Position numbers and translations under genes: made by a program. A stretch of 64,000 nucleotides of DNA from an uncultured bacterium (lineage in GTDB: Bacteria; Krumholzibacteriota; Krumholzibacteriia; LZORAL124-64-63). Shown here in pieces: positions 11,731 through 21,039 of this stretch (the stretch's first letter is position 1; each line of letters starts with the position of its first letter). The stretch spans positions 1 through 64,000 of the forward strand of contig CAVSGO010000008.1 of the NCBI GenBank assembly GCA_963727525.1, written 5' to 3'. The notes beneath the pieces are model-generated. The model was given only the letters and a program-made list of their open reading frames with translations. It was not told the DNA's origin and ran no database searches.

Positions 11731-12229
11731 GGATATGCGCCATAGAGAGATTTGGAGGGAGTCGACCCAGGTGTGCCTAAGCTCGATCGGACGCCAAAGC
11801 CAGAGTGCCGACATCGCGCGAGCGCCGACTCGTGCGCTAAAGTCCGCGAAGAAATGAATCGTTGTGCCTCGAGGGTTGCCCGATCCGAGACTAAGTCCTG
11901 AACGGCCGCGGCCTCGCGTTGAGCGAAGCCGGTGAGCTGCATGGAGCGAAGGAACCGACGGCGGTTGGCCGCGCGCCGAACACAAGGCCGCCGGCGCGAG
12001 AAAGCGCGGCCTCGCGCTGCGGTTGTCGCGATGATGCCGTTGACGGTATACTTCGAGATCGGAGCTGCGTCGACCGCGAGGCCGACGTGGAACGCATTTC
12101 GTGAGCTACGGTCTTCGGGCTTGGCGAATGGCTTTGATGGCAATGGGGGCAACTGGGTTAGAGAAAGCAGCTCCGTACCGCCGGGTGAGAAGCGGGAATC
12201 CAGAGAGAGTGTCTTCGTGAGCTGCGCCC

Positions 12230-12326
12230 CCATAACAGTTGCTTGCAGCAGACCAGCGCGTCTGTCACGTCCCGTGCAGAGCACGGGCCGCGCCAGCCAC
12301 GCCGGCTGCTGAAGCGGACGTTAGAA
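12230..12326 (+). repeat. attC site 2
   Basis: CCATAAC...TTGCAGCAG...CTGCTGAA...GTTAGAA; CCCCATAAC complements the GTTATGGGG that opens this cassette. Confidence 0.93.
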
Positions 12327-12346
12327 CGAAGTCGGAGGTCGCGAGA

Positions 12347-12772
12347 ATGGTGCACCCAAACTTTCGGGTAATTGGCGTTGTACTTATGCTCGGTCTTGGC
12401 GGTTGCGCGGGCTATCGTGAGGTAGCATCCCCTTGGATTATTGGCAGCGCGCCTTCGGAATTTGGCGAAACTCACAGAGTGAATGTCGGCGATAAAATGC
12501 GCCTAACAACCTTCGCTGGAGATGTGATCGACGGCGTTTTTGTCTCTCTTGAAGACTCGGTTGTCACCGTGGTCGCCAAATCGCCTAATACGAGCGTTAT
12601 GGCGATTCCTGTCGTAGAAGTTGGCAAGCTCGAAGTCTATATGGGGGTATCTGGGAAAGCCGTTGGTCGGACAGTCGCCGTTGTGGCCGGCTCGGCGGTG
12701 ATCTACGCGATTATTCGGGACGCAACGCATGAACCACTATTTAACCCGGACGGCACTGCCGTCGCAAAGTAG
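12347..12772 (+). CDS. Cassette-encoded hypothetical lipoprotein
   Basis: GGAGG RBS; signal peptide with lipobox LGGC; C-terminal hydrophobic helix; fills the cassette. Confidence 0.8.
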   Translation: MVHPNFRVIGVVLMLGLGGCAGYREVASPWIIGSAPSEFGETHRVNVGDKMRLTTFAGDVIDGVFVSLEDSVVTVVAKSPNTSVMAIPVVEVGKLEVYMGVSGKAVGRTVAVVAGSAVIYAIIRDATHEPLFNPDGTAVAK

Positions 12773-12793
12773 TTGTATGTGCGCAGCTGGGCG

Positions 12794-12892
12794 TTCTAAC
12801 ATTTCGTTGGAGCAGTCGGATCGGCTCCGTCACGTCGCTTGCTGGCGCAAGCGCCGCGCCAGAGCCGTCCGCTGCTCAACGGTACGTTAGAG
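12794..12892 (+). repeat. attC site 3
   Basis: TTCTAAC...GAGCAG...CTGCTC...GTTAGAG; CGTTCTAAC complements cassette start GTTAGAACG. Confidence 0.93.
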
Positions 12893-12899
12893 GAATAAT

Positions 12900-13343
12900 G
12901 TGACTCTATTTGGGCTTCTATTTTTGTTACTGGTGTCGCCGTCCCCAGACGCAAAATGTCATCATACGCCAGAAGTGATTGAGCAAGCCTACTGGGTCTA
13001 CGACGGGGGCACTGTGACAATCGTGGTTACAGATTCTCTTGGTTGTCAGGTATCGTTCTGCATCGACCACCGCATTAAGAGTGACACGTGGGGGCGAGTA
13101 TACGTCGGCGGGGATTATCCGACAAAAGCGCACTTGGCCAATAATGACGAGCTGCAGCAAGTTGTCGATCTCGCGCTGCGTGCCATCGACAGGGCATATC
13201 CGCGAGTTGTTCAACGAGAATTCTTGAAAATGCCACAACGAGGTCCGATCCCTGCAGATGACTACAGGGCCTGGTTGATTTTACATGAACTGCTACAGCT
13301 TGGAATAGTAGACAAAAACGGTACCAGAATATTGGACAACTAG
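12900..13343 (+). CDS. Cassette-encoded hypothetical secreted protein
   Basis: Hydrophobic N-terminus; fills the cassette; start ambiguous (ATG at 12898 is out of frame with GTG at 12900). Confidence 0.75.
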   Translation: MTLFGLLFLLLVSPSPDAKCHHTPEVIEQAYWVYDGGTVTIVVTDSLGCQVSFCIDHRIKSDTWGRVYVGGDYPTKAHLANNDELQQVVDLALRAIDRAYPRVVQREFLKMPQRGPIPADDYRAWLILHELLQLGIVDKNGTRILDN

Positions 13344-13390
13344 AGTACTCGCGATAGAAGTGACAAAGGCGTAGCATTAGTCGTGCTATC

Positions 13391-13488
13391 CTCTAACGAA
13401 CCGTTGCAGCTGACGGACCGACCTTGTCATGGTCCGTGCGGAGCACGGCCCGCGCCAAGGTCGCCCGCAGCTGAACGTGACGTTAGAA
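13391..13488 (+). repeat. attC site 4
   Basis: CTCTAAC...GTTAGAA; very similar to attC1; TCCTCTAAC complements cassette start GTTAGAGGA. Confidence 0.93.
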
Positions 13489-13525
13489 TTCCGCTGTGTT
13501 TGCGCATGTAGAGTAGGAGGTGACG

Positions 13526-13957
13526 ATGAGAAAGCGGCGGTCAGGCCTTATCTCTTGTCTTGTCATAATTCTCGTTACCATCACAGCAATACCTGCTCGT
13601 TGCAGCGACAATTCAGGGCGAATTTCTAGAGAGGATCAAAGTCTGCTGAGCGGAATCCTAATTGGTGCTGGAGTCGGAGTTATGGCTACCGGCGCCATAT
13701 TGGATGGCAAGGTGGTATCCGGTATAGATCGATATGACAATCCAATATACTACAAGACCCGTGATCTGATGATCGTCGGGGGTGCGATAGCTTTACTCGG
13801 TTGGATCGTCGAGATATTCCCATCGGCGGACGAAGCGAAAGAGACGCATGCGTCGGTGAAGCGTGATCGGCGCAATGTCCGAGCTTGTGATTGGGACGTG
13901 GCATTGTGGCGTGGGGAAGATGAAGGGTTTGTTCTCAGCGTAAAGGGAACGTTCTGA
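13526..13957 (+). CDS. Cassette-encoded hypothetical membrane protein
   Basis: AGGAGG RBS; signal-like N-terminus and two Gly-rich hydrophobic helices; stop abuts attC5. Confidence 0.8.
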   Translation: MRKRRSGLISCLVIILVTITAIPARCSDNSGRISREDQSLLSGILIGAGVGVMATGAILDGKVVSGIDRYDNPIYYKTRDLMIVGGAIALLGWIVEIFPSADEAKETHASVKRDRRNVRACDWDVALWRGEDEGFVLSVKGTF

Positions 13958-13958
13958 A

Positions 13959-14058
13959 TTCTAACGGAGCGTTTGAGCAGTCGGATCGGCCCTGTCACGT
14001 CGCTGGCAAGAGCCCAGCGCCGCGCCAAACCCGCCCGCCGCTCAACGTGACGTTAGAC
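13959..14058 (+). repeat. attC site 5
   Basis: TTCTAAC...GTTAGAC; similar to attC3; GAATTCTAAC complements cassette start GTTAGAATTC. Confidence 0.93.
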
Positions 14059-14109
14059 GGCAGCCGAACCAATGTTTAGGCTCAACCAAAGGGAATATCG
14101 GACCAAAAC

Positions 14110-14465
14110 ATGACACCTTTTGAATTTGCAATGGGACTGGTTTCCATCGTTGTGGGTATTGCTGTCAGTGATATTGCCGTAAGCATGCACCGGCTGATGA
14201 GGCGTAACCGGAGCGTGCAATGGGATTCGCGTGTCGTCGCTACGGCCTTACTGTCCTTCCTGATAGTGCTTCAGCTCTGGTTTGCTACTTGGACACTTCG
14301 TGATTTCTCGGAGTTTTCTTTTCCACTTTACCTAGCGATCCTCTTCAACCTATTCCAAGCCTATCTGGTTGCCGCCGCGTGCCTACCCGACGAGCCAGTT
14401 GAAGATCTCCGGATTTTTTACGAATCTAATGCTCGTTACTTCTGGACTATCACTACTGTATTTAA
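14110..14465 (+). pseudogene. Cassette-encoded multi-TM membrane protein truncated by IS1380
   Basis: MTPFEF...3 hydrophobic helices...LPD...FYESNARYFW; runs into the IS end at 14466. Confidence 0.8.
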
Positions 14466-16255
14466 CCCCACCTTATTCACGGTTCCATCCTTCCGTGGCC
14501 TGAACTCGCCTCCGCGAGTTGCTGACTCGCCCGGGCGACCATCGTAATCACCATTCACGTGCAACCCGTCGTCGATACGCACGGATTCCTCCTCGCCCGA
14601 CGGTTGTTTGCGGTTCCAGGTCATACCTCTCCCTTGCCGAGACTCGTCAGCGTTACTGAGCTGCCGATGTCACTGCCGCGTGCATGCCTCTATGGGATGT
14701 AATCGCTGCAGCCATGCCAACAGCTCCGACCAGTACCGCGACCCGCCGCCTGACAAGACCATCGTTACCCGTCGGTCGCTCAAGAGAATCCGCCCACCTA
14801 CCTTCAAGATCTGCTCCCGGACCCGGCCGAGGCTCCAGCCCTGCTTCGTTACCTGAGCTATTGCGCACCGCACGGTGTGGACGATGTTGTAAGCCAACAT
14901 GTTCAGCAACAGCAACGCCTCGTTGCTTTCGAACGAATCGACTGGCGCCGCGGAGGTTTTCGGCACCCGGCCCTGGTAGTGGCTCTTCGCACGCGGCGAG
15001 GATGACAGCGCCGGCGCAAGCACGCTCATCAACTCGCCCATGTGCGCCTCGGCAAGCCCGCGTCGACGATAGTGCTCCAGCAGGGCCAGGCCGTCGACCT
15101 GCTCGAGGGGCCAGTTCGTCACCAGCCAGAAGTGGTGCAGGAACAACTCTCCCGGCTTCTCCTGGATCACCAGTACCACCCGCCGCGAGCGCGACCACTC
15201 CTTGGCTCGGTACCGTAGCTCGTGAATCCACATCCGTGGCTGACTCGGGGGACGTCCCACCGGGCGCTTCAAGTAGGGCACCGCCATCTTCTCCAGCACC
15301 GCGTTCTTGCGGATCCGGCAGCGGTAGCGCGTGCCGCGCTGCTCGAGCGCACTGAGCAACTCTTCCTCCGGAAACCCCGCGTCTAGGCGCAGGTGCGCCT
15401 TGACACAGATCTTGGCCTCCACCTTCTCCAGTATCCGGAGGGTGAAATCCACGGCGTCGGCGGCCGTGTGTACGTTGCCGTGGCGTAGCTTCCCGCCCAA
15501 AAGGTCACCCTGCTCACCCGCCGTGGCGATCAGCGGGTGGTAGATCCGGTCGTGATAATAGCCGTTGTACATGCTGCCCGGTTGGCGGCCGTGGACCGGG
15601 TTTGGTAACGAGTCGATGTCGACGGTCAGGTTCGCCACACGGCGGCCGCCATTCATCGACCGGATCCTGCGCCCAGCCACTTCAACCAGACTGTGTTGGA
15701 GCACGGGTCGGTTCGAAAGAGTGGCCACCGCATCGACCAGCCTTGAGAGCGTTGGCTGCGAGGCCAACCCCTCCGGGTGGGCTGGGTTTTTGCTGCCGCG
15801 CCGGCGCGATACGCCCGGTCCGGGGAATAGCGCGGCGTCGCCGCGGCGATCGGAGACGGCCAGCCTGAGCGCCGGGTCGTGGCGAAGAAAGTCGGCGTCG
15901 TCGTTATCGCGCCAGCCCTGGCACAGGAGGATCAGTTTGGTGCGAAGCAACTCGGACAGGGGGTGGGTGATGAGATCTTCACGCCGGAAGTCAACCAGGC
16001 GATGGCTGAGCCAACGGTCGACTCCGAGCCGGTGGATGGTTTCGCGCAGAAGCAGGGCACCGGCGTCGGAGGTGACGCGTTCAGGGCGAACCTCGACGCG
16101 AACTGAGCGGTTGAATTCGAAGCTCGGTTGTGACATCCTTTCACTCATGGCGTGCTCCTTCTGTGGGATAATCAGATCTTCGTAAATCCGTTTATACCAC
16201 AGCATTAGGGGCACGCCAACCTATTTCTAGGCATTATACGGTGAATAAGACGGGG
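14466..16255 (-). mobile_element. IS1380-family insertion sequence
   Basis: IRs CCCCACCTTATTCAC (14466) and GTGAATAAGACGGGG (ends 16255), 13/15 match; no target duplication. Confidence 0.9.
14670..16148 (-). CDS. IS1380-family transposase, intact frame
   Basis: TSDAG; ASQPTLSRL; VDIDS; YNGYY; LRLDAGF; YRRRG.AE. Confidence 0.93.
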   Translation of the reverse strand: MSERMSQPSFEFNRSVRVEVRPERVTSDAGALLLRETIHRLGVDRWLSHRLVDFRREDLITHPLSELLRTKLILLCQGWRDNDDADFLRHDPALRLAVSDRRGDAALFPGPGVSRRRGSKNPAHPEGLASQPTLSRLVDAVATLSNRPVLQHSLVEVAGRRIRSMNGGRRVANLTVDIDSLPNPVHGRQPGSMYNGYYHDRIYHPLIATAGEQGDLLGGKLRHGNVHTAADAVDFTLRILEKVEAKICVKAHLRLDAGFPEEELLSALEQRGTRYRCRIRKNAVLEKMAVPYLKRPVGRPPSQPRMWIHELRYRAKEWSRSRRVVLVIQEKPGELFLHHFWLVTNWPLEQVDGLALLEHYRRRGLAEAHMGELMSVLAPALSSSPRAKSHYQGRVPKTSAAPVDSFESNEALLLLNMLAYNIVHTVRCAIAQVTKQGWSLGRVREQILKVGGRILLSDRRVTMVLSGGGSRYWSELLAWLQRLHPIEACTRQ

Positions 16256-16352
16256 TCAGTCAGGGTACGGAAGAAACCGGAATGGCGGCGACGCACCGCC
16301 TCTGGGGATGAGTACACGGGCCACGATCGGATTGCGCTCTGGCCAGTGTATC

Positions 16353-16433
16353 GTCCAAGCCTCCGTCCGAGCAAGCTGCAGCCCTGCCACGGCCTGCACC
16401 AGGACCACCCGCCGCTCAATGCGGGTTTTATGC
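16353..16433 (+). repeat. Degenerate attC-like remnant
   Basis: GCCCTGCCACG and CCCGCCGCTCAA match attC5 internals; terminal boxes mutated. Confidence 0.45.
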
Positions 16434-16473
16434 GGTACTGAAAGTTCCCCCGGGGTTTCAAGGAGGTGGCACC

Positions 16474-16640
16474 TTGGCGCGCGACCCGGTTGACGTAGCT
16501 TAAGCTCAGTTGGAGTCCTACAACGCCGGAGAGCTGGAGGCGTTTCTCAAGTGCTACGCTGCGGACGCTCAGATTGAGGATGGGAACGGGAACCTCCTTG
16601 TGGGCGATCGCGAAGCGATGCGTACTTTCTACGAGACTTC
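16474..16640 (+). pseudogene. SnoaL/NTF2-like protein remnant
   Basis: AAGGAGG then TTG; DPVDVA*AQLESYNAGELEAFLKCYAADAQI with in-frame TAA at 16501; C-terminus appears lost. Confidence 0.7.
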
Positions 16641-16936
16641 CTTGTTTGTGTGGTGGAAAAGGTTGTCACATAGCGCTGTGCTCTCGGCCGCAGGCCTCAC
16701 CTCGGTTGCCGAGTACGTGGAGGTGGGGGAGGACCACTACTGGCGCATGCCGGCCGTGGACCAGATGGCGGGCGAGAATGTTTACGATCCGCATCGCAGA
16801 ACGACGACGCGAGCTGATCGCGGTTCTCATGGGCCGTCGTCCTGTCTCGAGGGTCCCGGATCGACCCGGGGCTCGCTGGATTCCGCGGTTCAAGTATTCG
16901 GAACGGGATCACAACGGTTGACCCCCTTCCGCTCGA

Positions 16937-17563
16937 TCATTGGAAGTACATCAGCGCGAATACGGCCAGATCGCTCAGGTTGTTGAGGCTGTCATACCAG
17001 AGATCCGCGATCGGATCGTATTGATGGGCGTACGCGGTGGCAAACGTCGTGTTGTCGAACAGATTCAGCGCCAGGTCGCCGTTGATATCCGCCGAAATGA
17101 ACGTGAGATCCAGGCCGGGCTGTGCCAGGGCGCCACTGGCCGTCATGACCACGACGGTTTCCCCGAATGTCGTACCGCCGGCAAACAGGGGGTCGGACCA
17201 ATGGGTCTGACCGAATTCGTCAGTCGGCTCGTCGGCGATGGTGCCACCGGTGAGAAACCCGAGGGTGTTGTCGCTGGTTTCCAACCAGAGGTCCTCGGCA
17301 GCGTAATCGGCCAGAGGGCTACCGGGAGCATCACCATAGAGCAGCGTCGCAGTGATCGTGGCATCCACCACGACACCGCTTGCCAGAATCGCGTGAGTGA
17401 AGGGGTTACCGACACCATGAGGGTGGATGAGCAGAGTGGCGCCAGCGGAACCGTTGGCGATCACGGCCGTGGACAGGTCGAGATTGGGCACCGCCGCCTG
17501 CGCCGACGCACCGACGATCAGAACGGCGAGTGCGAGGGTCATGTTTACCAGGATCCTGGACAT
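16937..17563 (-). CDS. Secreted protein with a C-terminal dockerin/EF-hand-like pair
   Basis: AGGAGG RBS; signal peptide ending AQA; DINGDLALNLFD and DLWYDSLNNLSD repeats. Confidence 0.8.
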   Translation of the reverse strand: MSRILVNMTLALAVLIVGASAQAAVPNLDLSTAVIANGSAGATLLIHPHGVGNPFTHAILASGVVVDATITATLLYGDAPGSPLADYAAEDLWLETSDNTLGFLTGGTIADEPTDEFGQTHWSDPLFAGGTTFGETVVVMTASGALAQPGLDLTFISADINGDLALNLFDNTTFATAYAHQYDPIADLWYDSLNNLSDLAVFALMYFQ

Positions 17564-17913
17564 GGTCAGACCTCCTGCTGGATGGATGGACACGCGGCCG
17601 CAGCCTAGCATGGATTACCCACCCGTAGGCGAGTTATCTTATCTGGAATTAGTGGTGCCAGGTATGTGGTACATAAAGAGAACCGACGTTGCCGGCAGTG
17701 GAAAGGGCGTAGGTCCGTGACAATCCCGAGCGCTTGATCATGTCGGTCTCGACGCCGGGTTCGAAAGGTGAAACGCGTGCGGACACCGCGAGCGTGCACC
17801 CCGTCGTGTCCACCCAGGCGGTGGGCACCGTTTCCGTGGCATCGTCCTTTCGTTTGCCGCCGCGGTCGCCTACGATACGCCATCATCGTACTGGTGGGAG
17901 GGAGGGTGCCACC

Positions 17914-19392
17914 TTGAGAGACGCTGCCTACATCGCGGTCATCGGTGCCGCCAAACAACCCGTGGTCTACGACGTGCTCACGGGCGAACTGATTGACGTC
18001 GACCCCGTGCTGGCCGAAGTCTTGCCGATCTACGGGACACTCGTCGGCACGGATCTGGAAGCCGCGCTCGGTGGGCGCCACGCACCAGCGGCGGTGCGCG
18101 CCGCCGTGGCCGAGATCGAGCGCGCCCGGCGCGAGGAGGGGCTCTTTCTCGCCATGCGTCCCCGGGCGGAGGCTCCCCTGTGGAGCGATGAGGACGACGC
18201 GGTCTGGAACGGAGGCATGCGCCATCTGGTGCTCGAGCTGACCGAGGCCTGCAACCTCCGCTGCACCTATTGCTTGCACGGGACGGCGCGGCCAGACGTC
18301 CGCCCCCACGGATCGCGGCGCATGGGCATCGGGACCGCCATCGCCGCGTTACGCTGGTTCGCGGCACGCTGCACGGAAGCGGAGAGTCCGTGCGTGTCCT
18401 TTTACGGAGGCGAACCGCTCCTGGCGCTGCCCACGCTGCGCGCGATCCTGGACGAGTCGGACTGCCAACGAACATGGCCGGCGATGCGCTTCGTGATCGA
18501 TACGAACGGTACCCTGCTCACGAACGAGGTGATCGATCTGGTGGCGTCGCGGAAGCTCTGGGTGCAGCTCAGCCTCGACGGCCCGGCAACGGTCCACGAC
18601 CGTCACCGCCATGACGGCGAAGGCGGGACCACTCACGCCGCGATCGAGGCGTCCCTCGTACGGCTCCTGCGTCGCGATCCCACGGCGCAACGGCGGTTGA
18701 CGATCCAGGCCACGCTGGCCCCGCCCTATGATCTGCGGGCCGTCTGCGACTATTTCGGCGACTTTCCCCCGTTTCATGCCGCCGGGATCGCGGCGACGCC
18801 GCTCGTGCGAGTGGCCGTGGCCGACCTCGAGGGCGTGGCCCTCGGCGAGGCGTCGGACCGCCAGGACCTCAGTTGCCAGATGGCGGACGCACGCCGGGCG
18901 TATCTCACAGCCTGCCGGGAGGGCCGGCGCGACGCGACGAGCGCCGCGCTCCTGAGCCTCTTCGATCCCATCGTGATCGCTGCCTGCCACCGGTCGCGGG
19001 CGCCGCTGACCAGCGCCGCCGTGGGGCTGGGCGGCAACTGCCGCCCCGGTGTCCGGAAGGTGCACGTGGCGGTGGACGGCACCCTGCGCGTATGCGAGCG
19101 CCTTGGTCTGACGGGCGTGATCGGGGACGTCACCACCGGGGTGGATCCCGGCTCGGTACGTGCCCTGCGGGCCCGATTCCGTGCGGCCGTCGGCGACCGC
19201 TGCACCGACTGCGTGGCCGTCAGGGCGTGTTCGGTGTGTTGGCGCGACCTGGATCGGGGCGCGCAGGGGATTCCGGAGGCTCGTTGCGCCGCGTCGCGGC
19301 GGGACCTCCTGGCCGGCCTCGCGCTCTATCGGGAGCTGCTGGCCGGGCCGGAGACCGCCTGGCGCTGGCTCGAACGATGCTCCATGAGCTGA
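17914..19392 (+). CDS. Radical SAM/SPASM peptide maturase with an N-terminal RRE-like extension
   Basis: CNLRCTYC; FYGGEPLL; TNG; SLDG; SPASM Cys set CRPG...CER...CTDC...CSVC...C; GGAGG before TTG. Confidence 0.9.
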   Translation: MRDAAYIAVIGAAKQPVVYDVLTGELIDVDPVLAEVLPIYGTLVGTDLEAALGGRHAPAAVRAAVAEIERARREEGLFLAMRPRAEAPLWSDEDDAVWNGGMRHLVLELTEACNLRCTYCLHGTARPDVRPHGSRRMGIGTAIAALRWFAARCTEAESPCVSFYGGEPLLALPTLRAILDESDCQRTWPAMRFVIDTNGTLLTNEVIDLVASRKLWVQLSLDGPATVHDRHRHDGEGGTTHAAIEASLVRLLRRDPTAQRRLTIQATLAPPYDLRAVCDYFGDFPPFHAAGIAATPLVRVAVADLEGVALGEASDRQDLSCQMADARRAYLTACREGRRDATSAALLSLFDPIVIAACHRSRAPLTSAAVGLGGNCRPGVRKVHVAVDGTLRVCERLGLTGVIGDVTTGVDPGSVRALRARFRAAVGDRCTDCVAVRACSVCWRDLDRGAQGIPEARCAASRRDLLAGLALYRELLAGPETAWRWLERCSMS

Positions 19393-19504
19393 CTCCAGCT
19401 GGTTTATATGATATCATTGGATGCGATCCGGCTGCCGTCGACCGGCGCCGGACGGTGCGATGTTTTTTTGTAACCTTCAGCGCGTTGCCGGCAATACGTC
19501 ATTA

Positions 19505-19540
19505 GCCGGCGCCGTTGGGGGATTGCGGCGCCGGCGTTTT
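19505..19540 (+). terminator. Intrinsic terminator-like hairpin
   Basis: GCCGGCGCCG-N11-CGGCGCCGGC followed by GTTTT. Confidence 0.6.
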
Positions 19541-19609
19541 GCAGGACAGGTGGCACGTCCTGCCGGTGTGATACCGACGCCCTCGCCCGAGGAATGGTGA
19601 TCTACCGGC

Positions 19610-20353
19610 ATGGGCAAGATGCAGGACGTCCAGCGCGAAGAATGTGGCCACGACGATCAGAGCCCTTCCGGCTCATGGAGCGGCAGGCTTCGGGGGGTCG
19701 CGGACGAGTTGCGGCGGCGGGGCAGCGTTCTCGACAATCGACAGTTCGAGGCCCAGTACCTGAATTGCCACCGTCGACTTTTCCGGTTCATCGTCGGCCT
19801 TGTCCACAATGATGTCGAGGCCCAGGATATCATGAGCGATACGGTCATCACCGCTTTTACGAATCGGTCGAGATTCCTGGTGACGGCCGGGACCTTCGAG
19901 AGCTGGCTCCTGGGCATCGCCTGGCGCAAGGCGATGCGCCACTTGAAACGGAATCGGAGGCGTTGGGCGCCGGGGGACGTGACCGACCATGGCGCGGTCG
20001 ACCCGGGTCTGAATCCGCTCGAGCAGGTGACGGCGCGCGAGGATGCCTTTCTCGTGGCCACGTACTTGAACCAGCTCAAGCCGAAATACCGCATCGCCAT
20101 GCAACTCCACTATGGCCAAGGACTCGGGATGTCCGAGATCGCCGCCATCCAGCGGACGACGGAGAGAAACGTGAGGGTTCGTCTGATGCGAGGGCGCGCG
20201 CATCTCATCGACCGTTTACGCGATCACGTGGGACGGGACACTCTCTCGCCGCAGGCGCGGCGGGCTCTCGCCGATCTGCTCGCGGAGGCAGGCGGGTGGA
20301 AGATCGTCCAGGGTAACGGCGGGCGTGGCGGCAGCGATCGGAGGGACCCATGA
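19610..20353 (+). CDS. ECF (group 4) RNA polymerase sigma factor
   Basis: AQDIMSDT...FESWLLGIAWR (region 2); L.PKYR...LGMSEIA...VRVRLMRGR (region 4). Confidence 0.9.
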   Translation: MGKMQDVQREECGHDDQSPSGSWSGRLRGVADELRRRGSVLDNRQFEAQYLNCHRRLFRFIVGLVHNDVEAQDIMSDTVITAFTNRSRFLVTAGTFESWLLGIAWRKAMRHLKRNRRRWAPGDVTDHGAVDPGLNPLEQVTAREDAFLVATYLNQLKPKYRIAMQLHYGQGLGMSEIAAIQRTTERNVRVRLMRGRAHLIDRLRDHVGRDTLSPQARRALADLLAEAGGWKIVQGNGGRGGSDRRDP

Positions 20354-21039
20354 GCCGAGCATTCGACGCGTGGTTGCGCAACACCCTGGCGCCGCGATGG
20401 GACCTTCCGCCCTCGGTCGAACGCCGGGTCATCGACGAGTTGCATGGCGCGATGCGGGGCCGCAGGCAAGGCGGACTCACGCCCCGTTTCGTGGGAGTGT
20501 GCGTCGCGGTCGTCATCTGCGTCGCGTTGCTGGCGCAGCCCGACAACCTCGGCAGCGAATCGGGCGATCTCCAGTTCTCGGCTGTCGACGCCTCCGGGTA
20601 CGCATACTACGTGGACCCGTTGACCGGCGGTAAGTACAGCGCGCGGAACCCGGGAGACCTCGAGATGTGGCGCGACGTACGGGACATCCTCGTGGTGAAC
20701 AAGCTCCGGGTGACCGCCTCGTCGTTCTACCGGATCGGTGACCACGAACTGGACCAAGCGTACTGTGACCTCGTCGAGGATGGCGAGACCCGCAAGGTTT
20801 CCTGCGATGCCGACGGCCTTCGAAACACGTTCACGACGTCCGATACGAAGATCCTCCGCGCCGTGCTCGGGCGTGTCCTCGAAGCCGTGGATAGTGGCGA
20901 GGCCTCACCCGTGAGGCCCGAGCGGCGCATCGTGGGCGAAACCCCGATGGTCTTTCAGGTCTGGAAGGTCGACATCGCGGGCTTTCCGACGGTCTACTAC
21001 GGCGATGGTCGGCCGCTCAACGCGCTGCGCGAACGCTAA
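20350..21039 (+). CDS. Single-pass membrane protein, putative anti-sigma factor
   Basis: ATGA coupling to the sigma gene; short N-terminal domain, one TM helix, extracytoplasmic domain. Confidence 0.7.
   Translation: MSRAFDAWLRNTLAPRWDLPPSVERRVIDELHGAMRGRRQGGLTPRFVGVCVAVVICVALLAQPDNLGSESGDLQFSAVDASGYAYYVDPLTGGKYSARNPGDLEMWRDVRDILVVNKLRVTASSFYRIGDHELDQAYCDLVEDGETRKVSCDADGLRNTFTTSDTKILRAVLGRVLEAVDSGEASPVRPERRIVGETPMVFQVWKVDIAGFPTVYYGDGRPLNALRER

Larger units (their letters stand above)
11633..14465 (+). mobile_element. Integron gene-cassette array with no integrase in the window (CALIN-like): 5 attC sites, 4 complete cassettes and 1 interrupted cassette
   Basis: Five 97-100 bp imperfect palindromes (..TAAC to GTTA..) separating single low-GC units about 570-600 bp apart. 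Confidence 0.93.

Noticed and set aside
11633-14058. Regularly spaced ~98-bp repeats as CRISPR or REP/ncRNA
   Set aside because: Too long, separated by gene-sized units, and carry attC core sites; no cas genes
16501-16503. In-frame stop in the SnoaL-like gene as recoding
   Set aside because: TAA, plausibly from CAA, in a decayed region
17717-17744. Third copy of the GTGAC...TGTC promoter motif
   Set aside because: Spacer is 19 nt rather than 17; likely chance
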